In this document: in pieces, positions 24,981 to 39,282 of the stretch | Layout of the letters: every line of letters begins with the position of its first letter | Numbering within the stretch: position 1 is the first letter of the stretch | Source of the DNA: Phallusia mammillata | Lineage: Eukaryota | NCBI GenBank assembly: GCA_965637545.1 | Contig: OZ281495.1 | Location: forward strand, 20,708,001 to 20,772,000 | Reading direction: 5' to 3' | DNA length: 64,000 bases | The notes under the pieces: model-generated | What the model was told of the DNA's origin: nothing | What the model saw: only the letters and a program-made list of their open reading frames with translations | Database searches by the model: none | Program-made: the position numbers and the translations under genes

Positions 24981-27900
24981 TTGCAACTGGCGGTTTGGAG
25001 GATAATTTTGTAAAATCTGGCGGTTTATAGAGCTGGTTGACACCCAAGTCATTTCTTTGGCGTTTTTGTTTTTTTTAATGAACGTTTGGGCATCGTTTGT
25101 CAAAGGGTTATCTTTTTGACCCAACAAAATCTAGGTTAGATTCATTAGCTGCGCTTTTACAATGCAGGTCAAGGTTATCTTTCTTTTAATGACTGCTTAC
25201 GTCATGAATGCCCGTGTTTAGCCAACCAATACAATAGTAGTCTCTACTCTCTGATTAGACATTAGAAAATAAGATGGGAATCCAAGTGTGTGTTTCAGGA
25301 GTGACATACAGCAAGTGCACCATTGGAGTAGTTTTAAATGTTTAATATTGTTATTTGAAAAGTGGAAACCAGTTTACGACAGTAAGGGAAAGTGCATGAA
25401 AGTGGAAAAACGCTTCTAAGCTATTGTAAGAATCCAAGTCAAACTAATGTTGTCTGGTAAATTGCATCGCCAATGCTGTTGGAGGACTTCACTTTTAACT
25501 ATTTGTATTTCGCTTAATATGTTAGTAATAATCCTAATCTTGAAACCTTAATAACTACGTTATGAAAAATCAGGACAATGTCCAATTCTGTTAGTTTGTG
25601 GCAAAACAGCCCCTGTTCAGTAAATAAGTGGATTTTTATTCGCCAAGTAAATGTTCGAGTGAAAATAGAAAACCCTGAATAGGCAATAGGTGCGTATGTT
25701 TACGGCAAACAACACAAATCGCCAGTAGTATTTTGATTTCATGGGACACCATATAAAACTTTGGTAAATATTGGTTAATGAAATTAAACAACACATCGTT
25801 TTACAGCAGCGGTTCCCAAACTGGGGTCCGCGGTCCTTTAGGGGTCCGTGAGGCAATTTTGGGGGGGACCGCGAAGCGGTTGAAGTAATTCTATAATCTT
25901 ATTTGGCGTCAGTTTGTGCCACTAAATAAGTTTAAATCAAAGTAGAATTGAGAATCGACTGTCTCGATTGCTAAACAATGGCCTTTATTGAATGACAACT
26001 AAAAAAATGCAATTGTTCGCGCACAATCGTAATGTTTTTGTCCTGTTTGTGATGTCACATGCTGTCTTTGGATGATTATTATGCGCAATTTTGCACAACT
26101 AGCTAAAATCCTGCAATAAACTTTCGTTTTTATGAAATACACATTTAGGCTTAAGGACCGCGAGCCCTTGAAATAATGGCAAGGGGACCGTTTAGAAAAA
26201 AATATGAAAAAGTTTGGGAACCACTGTTTTACAGCCAGGTAATGTTGATTTTGGAACTTACTTCTTTTCGGGTACTGGACGGGAAATGAAGTTTCCAGTT
26301 ATTTGTTACGGTACACAAACAAACGGTCCTGCACGGCCATTCAAATATTCTACTTACCAAATTAATGCAGTTCGGCTAATAAAGTGACTTATACAGCTGT
26401 ATAATATACGTTCTCCTGCTAGTTTTGTAAAAAAAATGTTTGACGGGATTTTTGGCGTTAAACAATTTTTGTTTGGCGCTTTTTTGTTGTGGTTGGCGCT
26501 TTTTTGGGAGTTGTTGGCACTTTTCAGCAATTTTTTTTGCAACTGGCGGTTTGGAGGATAATTTTGTAAAATCTGGCGGTTTATAGAGCTGGTTGACACC
26601 CAAGTCATTTCTTTGGCGTTTTTGTTTTTTTTAATGAACGTTTGGGCATCGTTTGTCAAAGGGTTATCTTTTTGACCCAACAAAATCTAGGTTAGATTCA
26701 TTAGCTGCGCTTTTACAATGCAGGTCAAGGTTATCTTTCTTTTAATGACTGCTTACGTCATGAATGCCCGTGTTTAGCCAACCAATACAATAGTAGTCTC
26801 TACTCTCTGATTAGACATTAGAAAATAAGATGGGAATCCAAGTGTGTGTTTCAGGAGTGACATACAGCAAGTGCACCATTGGAGTAGTTTTAAATGTTTA
26901 ATATTGTTATTTGAAAAGTGGAAACCAGTTTACGACAGTAAGGGAAAGTGCATGAAAGTGGAAAAACGCTTCTAAGCTATTGTAAGAATCCAAGTCAAAC
27001 TAATGTTGTCTGGTAAATTGCATCGCCAATGCTGTTGGAGGACTTCACTTTTAACTATTTGTATTTCGCTTAATATGTTAGTAATAATCCTAATCTTGAA
27101 ACCTTAATAACTACGTTATGAAAAATCAGGACAATGTCCAATTCTGTTAGTTTGTGGCAAAACAGCCCCTGTTCAGTAAATAAGTGGATTTTTATTCGCC
27201 AAGTAAATGTTCGAGTGAAAATAGAAAACCCTGAATAGGCAATAGGTGCGTATGTTTACGGCAAACAACACAAATCGCCAGTAGTATTTTGATTTCATGG
27301 GACACCATATAAAACTTTGGTAAATATTGGTTAATGAAATTAAACAACACATCGTTTTACAGCAGCGGTTCCCAAACTGGGGTCCGCGGTCCTTTAGGGG
27401 TCCGTGAGGCAATTTTGGGGGGGACCGCGAAGCGGTTGAAGTAATTCTATAATCTTATTTGGCGTCAGTTTGTGCCACTAAATAAGTTTAAATCAAAGTA
27501 GAATTGAGAATCGACTGTCTCGATTGCTAAACAATGGCCTTTATTGAATGACAACTAAAAAAATGCAATTGTTCGCGCACAATCGTAATGTTTTTGTCCT
27601 GTTTGTGATGTCACATGCTGTCTTTGGATGATTATTATGCGCAATTTTGCACAACTAGCTAAAATCCTGCAATAAACTTTCGTTTTTATGAAATACACAT
27701 TTAGGCTTAAGGACCGCGAGCCCTTGAAATAATGGCAAGGGGACCGTTTAGAAAAAAATATGAAAAAGTTTGGGAACCACTGTTTTACAGCCAGGTAATG
27801 TTGATTTTGGAACTTACTTCTTTTCGGGTACTGGACAGGAAATGAAGTTTCCAGTTATTTGTTACGGTACACAAACAAACGGTCCTGCACGGCCATTCAA

Positions 27901-28091
27901 ATATTCTACTTACCAAATTAATGCAGTTCGGCTAATAAAGTGACTTATACAGCTGTATAATATACGTTCTCCTGCTAGTTTTGTAAAAAAAATGTTTGAC
28001 GGGATTTTTGGCGTTAAACAATTTTTGTTTGGCGCTTTTTTGTTGTGGTTGGCGCTTTTTTGGGAGTTGTTGGCACTTTTCAGCAATTTTT
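24981..28091. repeat. 1556-bp tandem repeat, 2 units
   Basis: Identical ORF-track entries at 25617 and 27173 (offset 1556). The only difference noticed is g versus a at 26281. Confidence 0.95.
25807..26226 (+). mobile_element. hAT MITE nested in the 1556-bp unit (copies also start at 27363, 33810, 35366, 36922)
   Basis: TIRs cagcggttcccaaac / gtttgggaaccactg; TSD ttttacag. Confidence 0.9.
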
Positions 28092-29723
28092 ATCTGGCAA
28101 CCCTGCTCTTTATCCATATTGAGGTTTGTCACGATTACAGTTTGTTGTTTACTCTATTTGACATGTTTAAAGCCGAAATTAATACCGAACTTCAACACGA
28201 GTTTGCCATTTATATTTTTTTGCAGGAGGGTCACAGATCTTATACACTGTTATTCAAAGGGGCCATGAGGCCAAAAATATACTTTAAGGGGGCCACGGTC
28301 CATGAAAGGTTGAGAACCACTGTGCTAGTTTGTTGTCTCTGTTTTCTGTATTTTACCAATGCTTTTGGTGCTTTATAAGAACTTTATGTTTCGAGATATG
28401 TCATTATCCTGATGAAGGCATTTTGTACGTGACGTCGAAGCGTCGGTTGTTTACATTTAAACTGCTTGAAGAGCAATACTTGTTTGTATACATTATGGTA
28501 ATTAGCATCAGCTTATTTACTTAATCTGTGTGATGGCAACAGTACAGCGCGGCTATATAGCACAATACACGTGTTGGACAGCTCACTAAAGACTAGTCCA
28601 ATAATTTAATTAAAGCACATATTGGCTTACTCGCACCACTGTACATAAAATGTTTTTGTTGCTGTTCTGCGTATACCGTAAAAGTTTTTTCCGTATTCAA
28701 GCTAATAAAAAACTTCCCTTCTGCCAACTCTGGTGAAAGTGTGTATAGCAGTGGTTCTCAAACTTTTATAATGTCGGTGCCAAATGGCAGTTTTTAAAGC
28801 TAAAATAGCAATCTTTAGTGGTTTGCTGAGGTCTGTTGCGACTTGTGAGCCGCAAAATAAGTTGTTGGGAGCCTCATGCGGCCCTGAGAGCCGCGTTTTG
28901 GTTTTTATTCCGCTGATTTTATCAAAGTTAAACTGCCTGTAACTAACATATATGCTACCTGAAATATTCAGTAGAATAAAAAGACATTCATAAAAATTTG
29001 AGGGGCGACATACATTTTACTGACATCGTAAATTAGAAACCGAAAGGAAACTCGCTGCGTGGCACAAGTGACGTGATTTTAGAGTGCGTGAAAAAGTTTG
29101 CTGGTTTCTATTGCGATCCGATATCAGCCTATAACATTTTCTACATGGAGCGCTTACAGATTACGCAGTTTGAAACTCTGAAATTAGGTACAATACAGGG
29201 TCAGTTAACGGTGTTTGTCAGTGAAATGCGTTGTTCAAATGGCTCTAATTTTTGTTACACTTCTAATTGCCACATGGAGTTTAACCAATGTAAATGCATG
29301 GAGTTTTTTTCATTTCGTTTTGACTTTCAGTCTTGTGACGTAATAAAAATTTACCGTTGCTGCTCAAACACGAACGTCTGTTTTAACGTATGTCTTTAAA
29401 AATGATTTCTTAGTTTATGAAAAAAAGTCCACAACATTACAGTTTCAATAAACGTTAAATTCATTGCTTTTGTTACTAAAGTCACAACAGGAATTTTAAG
29501 ACTGTCATCTTACCAGAGACATTTAACTTTCGACTATTAATGACGACGAAATTCAACTCACGAATACAGTAGCTTTTTGAATAACAAAAAATGACAAGCA
29601 GCACTCATGGTTCCAATGCTGTTGTCGCATTTCGTGGATAAAGACATATGTACTTGAACATGCTTACACGCCACTCGGTTTTTAAGATTGGTCTTTTCAA
29701 TGTAAGTAAGATTCACAGAGTTG

Positions 29724-31543
29724 TTACTCATCATCCCAACCAAAATTTTTTCCAATATTCTCGAAAAATTCTTCATTAAACGGGCGATAAAACGCCGGCA
29801 ATTTTTTTTAAAGTTACCCAGTTGGCTTTCTGCTTTCCGTTGCGCGTGCGGCCTTTTGAACTTTTAAGACAATCCAACTGTTTAACATTTTCTATGCTGC
29901 TTTCATTTACTTTGTGCTCGAGATGCTGGGTGGTAAATTTTTGGTAACAAAAGAATCCGGTGTCTGGATGGCGAACAAAATCCTCTCGCAACAAGACTTT
30001 TGGAATTCCAATAAAATCCTTCAGTTCCTCAATTATTGGTCCTGGATCTTTAATGAATCGATCTCCATCTACAACTTTTAAACTTGAGCTGTTGAAGAAA
30101 CTTTGACATTGTTTAATATGAGCTGAGTATATTCCATTGGAGAGTAGAGTTGATGCAAGGCTTGTGTGAACTAAGTTGACAAATTTTTCTCGCAAGTCCG
30201 AATGTAGAAGGGATATTTTTTGCCACTTAGATATGCTGTGTTGCAGTTTTGGAAGATAATATCAACACGCTGTTCGAATGTTTCGTATTTACTGATCAAA
30301 TGATTATTGTAAAGCTCGTACCTTACACGCTGTGAACAAAAAAGTGGTTTAAATTATGATGCTATTTTCCGCGTATTAGTATTACATTTGCTGCTACTGA
30401 TTTGTAACAAAAAAAGTATTATTTTAATCTATGTGCTACTGGTTGTACGAATAAGATATTTGTAATGATAAAACCCAAAATTGTTTTACCTCTTGGTTTT
30501 TATTTCTTCCATTATAATAATGCGACACATTACAGCAGCTTATTTTACTTGTTATGTTTTTATAAACTCACCTCGTGCACATAATCTGAAAACGCTCTCA
30601 GGGTTGGATCACAGACGATTAAAATAAGCTTTACACCAGGAATTGATGTTTTGATTCTGTATGGAATGTTTGTGGGTGGAAAAGCAAAATATATTGGTGT
30701 CTTTTCCATTGCAACTTGTCTATCGTTTGTCGGTGGCATCCCTTTTCTGCAAAACACAAATTCATTATTTACCACAATCAAAAAACAACAAATATTAAGA
30801 AGACATTGCAGTCAATAGTAGAAAAAACCACCTTTGATTTTATTTATTAGTGCCACGAAAAGTTTTTTGAAAGGCTATATAGAAGGCGTATATAAACACT
30901 TTACGGGTAAGCATTTAAGTCTCCCATTTTCGCTAATGTGAAGAAGAACATTTCCTTTTCTTTGGGAACTCGAATTAGTGGATTTTGGTCAGGAAAGCCC
31001 AGTTTACCCTGGTACCACACTTTTTTACTCCAATGCCGATCACTTTTGGTAAGCGCCGCGTTTCATTCTGCAAAACTTGGAAAATTTAATTCAACATGTC
31101 TTTAAAAAAATGCTTTTTAAACTGAATGCATCCGTTTACACTTTGTAGCTACAAAAAAACGTAAAGTTCCCAACAAAAACATTGATTTTACAATTTGTTG
31201 AATGGTAGCAATTACAGCGGTGAGTAATTTCAATACACGCAAAACGCTTTGGTTACGCATAAATATCGGAAAATAACTTAATACGAATGAAAGCAACATA
31301 AAGGAGTACCTTAATATTTTCTGCGTTGAATCGTTTGATCTCCGTAAGTTGTTTTTCACGATTCATCAATTTGGTTCGCAAAGCTATGGCATTTCTAGCA
31401 CCAAAAACAATTTTTCGGCTTACGCGATCTTCAAAAAAACTCTTTTTTGTGAATGCAATCAACAGCAAAATACACAAGATTCAGATGACGATATTTGTCA
31501 ATCTTGAATGGAGTTTGCATCTTCTGATTTTTGAAGGGATCAT
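29724..31543 (-). pseudogene. HS3ST-like sulfotransferase copy 3 (pseudogene)
   Basis: Same exon set as copy 2, but with a TGA in the TM-coding exon (ATC GTC ATC TGA), a frameshift just after KKCGT, and frameshifts at the start and end of the last exon. Confidence 0.85.
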
Positions 31544-31695
31544 ATTTGCATTGAAATTTGTGCAAATTGTGCAATGTTTCTATGAACCGATATTCCTTAA
31601 ATGTTTAGTGTAAACCTGTAAAACCAAATAAAACAATGTCCGTGGTAGTATTTTTGTTTTTTCATGCGATGGTCAAATAAGTTAGCTGACCAATT

Positions 31696-32991
31696 TCAAT
31701 CGCACAAATAAGACAACCAAAGAGCCACGGCGTCTGATATTAGATTAGGATTGGCATGAATATCCTTTTGTGGATGCACTGTTGTTAATCCCCACGTATC
31801 AATAAATGTCAAATATTTTAGGTCTGACAGCATACCGAGCATTATTTGATTAAATCGGTACAAATGCCATTCTGTTGGACGAAACGGACTGGGCACCGTG
31901 TATCTTATTCCTAAGCGAACGAAAACTTTGACGTTATGGTTTCGTCGCTTCAAACGATGCAGGGCATCTTTAATGATGGCCGAAAGACGTTCTACAAAAA
32001 TCAAAGGGTCGTAATAATCAAAATGGGCACCGATATGAAACACCACAACAACATTGCCTTGTTCAGTTATATTGTCTAAAGTTTTCACAATGTACGGTTT
32101 GACACGGGGTGGTCCCGGGTTTTGCAAAGGAAGTCCGTGTGCTCTGTACTTGATTGTGATGTTTCTCAGTCGATTTTTCCCGTTTCGTGGTTGTGACCAA
32201 AGATCACTTCTGTCTGCATCATCTGTCAATTTAAGTTTTTCGAATAATATCATGTACCACTGGCGCATTGTAGAGTCCCCGATGATGTAAATCTGCTTAT
32301 TAGGGAGGCACTTATCAGCAAGGGTCAAATCACGATGCGTGTTTTTGCATTCCAATGAATTCCACTTTTCATTGCGATAAAATCCACTGGGTACCAACAA
32401 TTCATTTACTTGCTTTCGGTTGATCGTCTTACATTGTTGCAAGTTTTGAGCAAATGACGTTTTGTTTACCTCAGTTTTGAGCAAAACTTTATTTTTGATC
32501 GCAATTTCTCTGTTGAGTTTTGTGTTAAACAGCTCCTTGCACTCTGGGTGTTGCAGTTTTGCCTCAGTTCTTTGGTACCATTGCATTTCTTTGGGGCATG
32601 TTTCGTTAGTCGGGCGATAGCAAAACCATGTTGTTCCAAACGATTGGTTTGAAAAATCACAGAGCAGTTTATCATTTTCCCTAACAAAAAAAACAAGTAA
32701 ATATTAGTTGTCAAAATCAAAATGCAATATCTGACTTACATTAGTTTTACGTCGCACTCTTCCTTGGTACCAGACGGATACGTTCCAATACACAACAAGG
32801 GGTCTATTGTACTTGCTTGCATGATCAGGTCGATGACAGCTTCACTGGAATGTACAAGCTCCACTTCTAATTTGCTTAAACCGGGCCATGTTATCACGGT
32901 TCGCCAAGTATATCTTCCATTTCCATGATCGTGAATGGATACAGGCACTCCGTCGCCCGTTTTTAATCCTTGCGAATTCAAACAAGCAAGT
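31696..32991 (-). pseudogene. NXPE-family copy 2: exons 2-3 open, exon 1 missing
   Basis: Exons 32991-32740 and 32680-31696 are in frame with GDS and KDIH intact. Upstream is cut by the duplication junction at 33155, and no TM exon was found. Confidence 0.8.
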
Positions 32992-33154
32992 CTGTTTTGG
33001 AAGCAAAATGTCGTTAAATATTATCTTTGCAGCAATAGTACCTGACAGAAATCTTTTTTAGTGCACGTGTCTCTAAATCACAATCAACAACCATGATCGC
33101 CTTAAAATGGCACCAATGTGGTAAAACTACTAACACTGAGCATTGGCTTACGCC

Positions 33155-36100
33155 CGCTTTTACAATGCAGGTCAAGGTTATCTTTCTTTTAATGACTGCT
33201 TACGTCATGAATGCCCGTGTTTAGCCAACCAATACAATAGTAGTCTCTACTCTCTGATTAGACATTAGAAAATAAGATGGGAATCCAAGTGTGTGTTTCA
33301 GGAGTGACATACAGCAAGTGCACCATTGGAGTAGTTTTAAATGTTTAATATTGTTATTTGAAAAGTGGAAACCAGTTTACGACAGTAAGGGAAAGTGCAT
33401 GAAAGTGGAAAAACGCTTCTAAGCTATTGTAAGAATCCAAGTCAAACTAATGTTGTCTGGTAAATTGCATCGCCAATGCTGTTGGAGGACTTCACTTTTA
33501 ACTATTTGTATTTCGCTTAATATGTTAGTAATAATCCTAATCTTGAAACCTTAATAACTACGTTATGAAAAATCAGGACAATGTCCAATTCTGTTAGTTT
33601 GTGGCAAAACAGCCCCTGTTCAGTAAATAAGTGGATTTTTATTCGCCAAGTAAATGTTCGAGTGAAAATAGAAAACCCTGAATAGGCAATAGGTGCGTAT
33701 GTTTACGGCAAACAACACAAATCGCCAGTAGTATTTTGATTTCATGGGACACCATATAAAACTTTGGTAAATATTGGTTAATGAAATTAAACAACACATC
33801 GTTTTACAGCAGCGGTTCCCAAACTGGGGTCCGCGGTCCTTTAGGGGTCCGTGAGGCAATTTTGGGGGGGACCGCGAAGCGGTTGAAGTAATTCTATAAT
33901 CTTATTTGGCGTCAGTTTGTGCCACTAAATAAGTTTAAATCAAAGTAGAATTGAGAATCGACTGTCTCGATTGCTAAACAATGGCCTTTATTGAATGACA
34001 ACTAAAAAAATGCAATTGTTCGCGCACAATCGTAATGTTTTTGTCCTGTTTGTGATGTCACATGCTGTCTTTGGATGATTATTATGCGCAATTTTGCACA
34101 ACTAGCTAAAATCCTGCAATAAACTTTCGTTTTTATGAAATACACATTTAGGCTTAAGGACCGCGAGCCCTTGAAATAATGGCAAGGGGACCGTTTAGAA
34201 AAAAATATGAAAAAGTTTGGGAACCACTGTTTTACAGCCAGGTAATGTTGATTTTGGAACTTACTTCTTTTCGGGTACTGGACAGGAAATGAAGTTTCCA
34301 GTTATTTGTTACGGTACACAAACAAACGGTCCTGCACGGCCATTCAAATATTCTACTTACCAAATTAATGCAGTTCGGCTAATAAAGTGACTTATACAGC
34401 TGTATAATATACGTTCTCCTGCTAGTTTTGTAAAAAAAATGTTTGACGGGATTTTTGGCGTTAAACAATTTTTGTTTGGCGCTTTTTTGTTGTGGTTGGC
34501 GCTTTTTTGGGAGTTGTTGGCACTTTTCAGCAATTTTTTTTGCAACTGGCGGTTTGGAGGATAATTTTGTAAAATCTGGCGGTTTATAGAGCTGGTTGAC
34601 ACCCAAGTCATTTCTTTGGCGTTTTTGTTTTTTTTAATGAACGTTTGGGCATCGTTTGTCAAAGGGTTATCTTTTTGACCCAACAAAATCTAGGTTAGAT
34701 TCATTAGCTGCGCTTTTACAATGCAGGTCAAGGTTATCTTTCTTTTAATGACTGCTTACGTCATGAATGCCCGTGTTTAGCCAACCAATACAATAGTAGT
34801 CTCTACTCTCTGATTAGACATTAGAAAATAAGATGGGAATCCAAGTGTGTGTTTCAGGAGTGACATACAGCAAGTGCACCATTGGAGTAGTTTTAAATGT
34901 TTAATATTGTTATTTGAAAAGTGGAAACCAGTTTACGACAGTAAGGGAAAGTGCATGAAAGTGGAAAAACGCTTCTAAGCTATTGTAAGAATCCAAGTCA
35001 AACTAATGTTGTCTGGTAAATTGCATCGCCAATGCTGTTGGAGGACTTCACTTTTAACTATTTGTATTTCGCTTAATATGTTAGTAATAATCCTAATCTT
35101 GAAACCTTAATAACTACGTTATGAAAAATCAGGACAATGTCCAATTCTGTTAGTTTGTGGCAAAACAGCCCCTGTTCAGTAAATAAGTGGATTTTTATTC
35201 GCCAAGTAAATGTTCGAGTGAAAATAGAAAACCCTGAATAGGCAATAGGTGCGTATGTTTACGGCAAACAACACAAATCGCCAGTAGTATTTTGATTTCA
35301 TGGGACACCATATAAAACTTTGGTAAATATTGGTTAATGAAATTAAACAACACATCGTTTTACAGCAGCGGTTCCCAAACTGGGGTCCGCGGTCCTTTAG
35401 GGGTCCGTGAGGCAATTTTGGGGGGGACCGCGAAGCGGTTGAAGTAATTCTATAATCTTATTTGGCGTCAGTTTGTGCCACTAAATAAGTTTAAATCAAA
35501 GTAGAATTGAGAATCGACTGTCTCGATTGCTAAACAATGGCCTTTATTGAATGACAACTAAAAAAATGCAATTGTTCGCGCACAATCGTAATGTTTTTGT
35601 CCTGTTTGTGATGTCACATGCTGTCTTTGGATGATTATTATGCGCAATTTTGCACAACTAGCTAAAATCCTGCAATAAACTTTCGTTTTTATGAAATACA
35701 CATTTAGGCTTAAGGACCGCGAGCCCTTGAAATAATGGCAAGGGGACCGTTTAGAAAAAAATATGAAAAAGTTTGGGAACCACTGTTTTACAGCCAGGTA
35801 ATGTTGATTTTGGAACTTACTTCTTTTCGGGTACTGGACAGGAAATGAAGTTTCCAGTTATTTGTTACGGTACACAAACAAACGGTCCTGCACGGCCATT
35901 CAAATATTCTACTTACCAAATTAATGCAGTTCGGCTAATAAAGTGACTTATACAGCTGTATAATATACGTTCTCCTGCTAGTTTTGTAAAAAAAATGTTT
36001 GACGGGATTTTTGGCGTTAAACAATTTTTGTTTGGCGCTTTTTTGTTGTGGTTGGCGCTTTTTTGGGAGTTGTTGGCACTTTTCAGCAATTTTTTTTGCA

Positions 36101-37650
36101 ACTGGCGGTTTGGAGGATAATTTTGTAAAATCTGGCGGTTTATAGAGCTGGTTGACACCCAAGTCATTTCTTTGGCGTTTTTGTTTTTTTTAATGAACGT
36201 TTGGGCATCGTTTGTCAAAGGGTTATCTTTTTGACCCAACAAAATCTAGGTTAGATTCATTAGCTGCGCTTTTACAATGCAGGTCAAGGTTATCTTTCTT
36301 TTAATGACTGCTTACGTCATGAATGCCCGTGTTTAGCCAACCAATACAATAGTAGTCTCTACTCTCTGATTAGACATTAGAAAATAAGATGGGAATCCAA
36401 GTGTGTGTTTCAGGAGTGACATACAGCAAGTGCACCATTGGAGTAGTTTTAAATGTTTAATATTGTTATTTGAAAAGTGGAAACCAGTTTACGACAGTAA
36501 GGGAAAGTGCATGAAAGTGGAAAAACGCTTCTAAGCTATTGTAAGAATCCAAGTCAAACTAATGTTGTCTGGTAAATTGCATCGCCAATGCTGTTGGAGG
36601 ACTTCACTTTTAACTATTTGTATTTCGCTTAATATGTTAGTAATAATCCTAATCTTGAAACCTTAATAACTACGTTATGAAAAATCAGGACAATGTCCAA
36701 TTCTGTTAGTTTGTGGCAAAACAGCCCCTGTTCAGTAAATAAGTGGATTTTTATTCGCCAAGTAAATGTTCGAGTGAAAATAGAAAACCCTGAATAGGCA
36801 ATAGGTGCGTATGTTTACGGCAAACAACACAAATCGCCAGTAGTATTTTGATTTCATGGGACACCATATAAAACTTTGGTAAATATTGGTTAATGAAATT
36901 AAACAACACATCGTTTTACAGCAGCGGTTCCCAAACTGGGGTCCGCGGTCCTTTAGGGGTCCGTGAGGCAATTTTGGGGGGGACCGCGAAGCGGTTGAAG
37001 TAATTCTATAATCTTATTTGGCGTCAGTTTGTGCCACTAAATAAGTTTAAATCAAAGTAGAATTGAGAATCGACTGTCTCGATTGCTAAACAATGGCCTT
37101 TATTGAATGACAACTAAAAAAATGCAATTGTTCGCGCACAATCGTAATGTTTTTGTCCTGTTTGTGATGTCACATGCTGTCTTTGGATGATTATTATGCG
37201 CAATTTTGCACAACTAGCTAAAATCCTGCAATAAACTTTCGTTTTTATGAAATACACATTTAGGCTTAAGGACCGCGAGCCCTTGAAATAATGGCAAGGG
37301 GACCGTTTAGAAAAAAATATGAAAAAGTTTGGGAACCACTGTTTTACAGCCAGGTAATGTTGATTTTGGAACTTACTTCTTTTCGGGTACTGGACAGGAA
37401 ATGAAGTTTCCAGTTATTTGTTACGGTACACAAACAAACGGTCCTGCACGGCCATTCAAATATTCTACTTACCAAATTAATGCAGTTCGGCTAATAAAGT
37501 GACTTATACAGCTGTATAATATACGTTCTCCTGCTAGTTTTGTAAAAAAAATGTTTGACGGGATTTTTGGCGTTAAACAATTTTTGTTTGGCGCTTTTTT
37601 GTTGTGGTTGGCGCTTTTTTGGGAGTTGTTGGCACTTTTCAGCAATTTTT
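33155..37650. repeat. 1556-bp tandem repeat, about 2.9 units, ending at the right hAT TIR (37654-37664)
   Basis: Identical ORFs at 33620, 35176 and 36732. The left TIR is absent because the array starts at the duplication breakpoint. Confidence 0.95.
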
Positions 37651-39282
37651 ATCTGGCAACCCTGCTCTTTATCCATATTGAGGTTTGTCACGATTACAGT
37701 TTGTTGTTTACTCTATTTGACATGTTTAAAGCCGAAATTAATACCGAACTTCAACACGAGTTTGCCATTTATATTTTTTTGCAGGAGGGTCACAGATCTT
37801 ATACACTGTTATTCAAAGGGGCCATGAGGCCAAAAATATACTTTAAGGGGGCCACGGTCCATGAAAGGTTGAGAACCACTGTGCTAGTTTGTTGTCTCTG
37901 TTTTCTGTATTTTACCAATGCTTTTGGTGCTTTATAAGAACTTTATGTTTCGAGATATGTCATTATCCTGATGAAGGCATTTTGTACGTGACGTCGAAGC
38001 GTCGGTTGTTTACATTTAAACTGCTTGAAGAGCAATACTTGTTTGTATACATTATGGTAATTAGCATCAGCTTATTTACTTAATCTGTGTGATGGCAACA
38101 GTACAGCGCGGCTATATAGCACAATACACGTGTTGGACAGCTCACTAAAGACTAGTCCAATAATTTAATTAAAGCACATATTGGCTTACTCGCACCACTG
38201 TACATAAAATGTTTTTGTTGCTGTTCTGCGTATACCGTAAAAGTTTTTTCCGTATTCAAGCTAATAAAAAACTTCCCTTCTGCCAACTCTGGTGAAAGTG
38301 TGTATAGCAGTGGTTCTCAAACTTTTATAATGTCGGTGCCAAATGGCAGTTTTTAAAGCTAAAATAGCAATCTTTAGTGGTTTGCTGAGGTCTGTTGCGA
38401 CTTGTGAGCCGCAAAATAAGTTGTTGGGAGCCTCATGCGGCCCTGAGAGCCGCGTTTTGGTTTTTATTCCGCTGATTTTATCAAAGTTAAACTGCCTGTA
38501 ACTAACATATATGCTACCTGAAATATTCAGTAGAATAAAAAGACATTCATAAAAATTTGAGGGGCGACATACATTTTACTGACATCGTAAATTAGAAACC
38601 GAAAGGAAACTCGCTGCGTGGCACAAGTGACGTGATTTTAGAGTGCGTGAAAAAGTTTGCTGGTTTCTATTGCGATCCGATATCAGCCTATAACATTTTC
38701 TACATGGAGCGCTTACAGATTACGCAGTTTGAAACTCTGAAATTAGGTACAATACAGGGTCAGTTAACGGTGTTTGTCAGTGAAATGCGTTGTTCAAATG
38801 GCTCTAATTTTTGTTACACTTCTAATTGCCACATGGAGTTTAACCAATGTAAATGCATGGAGTTTTTTTCATTTCGTTTTGACTTTCAGTCTTGTGACGT
38901 AATAAAAATTTACCGTTGCTGCTCAAACACGAACGTCTGTTTTAACGTATGTCTTTAAAAATGATTTCTTAGTTTATGAAAAAAAGTCCACAACATTACA
39001 GTTTCAATAAACGTTAAATTCATTGCTTTTGTTACTAAAGTCACAACAGGAATTTTAAGACTGTCATCTTACCAGAGACATTTAACTTTCGACTATTAAT
39101 GACGACGAAATTCAACTCACGAATACAGTAGCTTTTTGAATAACAAAAAATGACAAGCAGCACTCATGGTTCCAATGCTGTTGTCGCATTTCGTGGATAA
39201 AGACATATGTACTTGAACATGCTTACACGCCACTCGGTTTTTAAGATTGGTCTTTTCAATGTAAGTAAGATTCACAGAGTTG

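Larger units (their letters stand above)
24926..28105 (+). mobile_element. Non-autonomous hAT element (Ac-type TSD) with its 1556-bp interior duplicated in tandem
   Basis: TIRs cagggttgcca (24926) / tggcaaccctg (28095-28105); 8-bp TSD ctctttat at 24918-24925 and 28106-28113. No transposase ORF. Confidence 0.85.

Noticed and set aside
25617-38958. Recurrent 64-128 aa ORFs (MPHGPLKDRG..., MLGQKDNPLT..., MFDGIFGVK..., MILECVKKF...)
   Set aside because: They recur only because the DNA is duplicated, overlap MITE sequence and show no recognisable domain.
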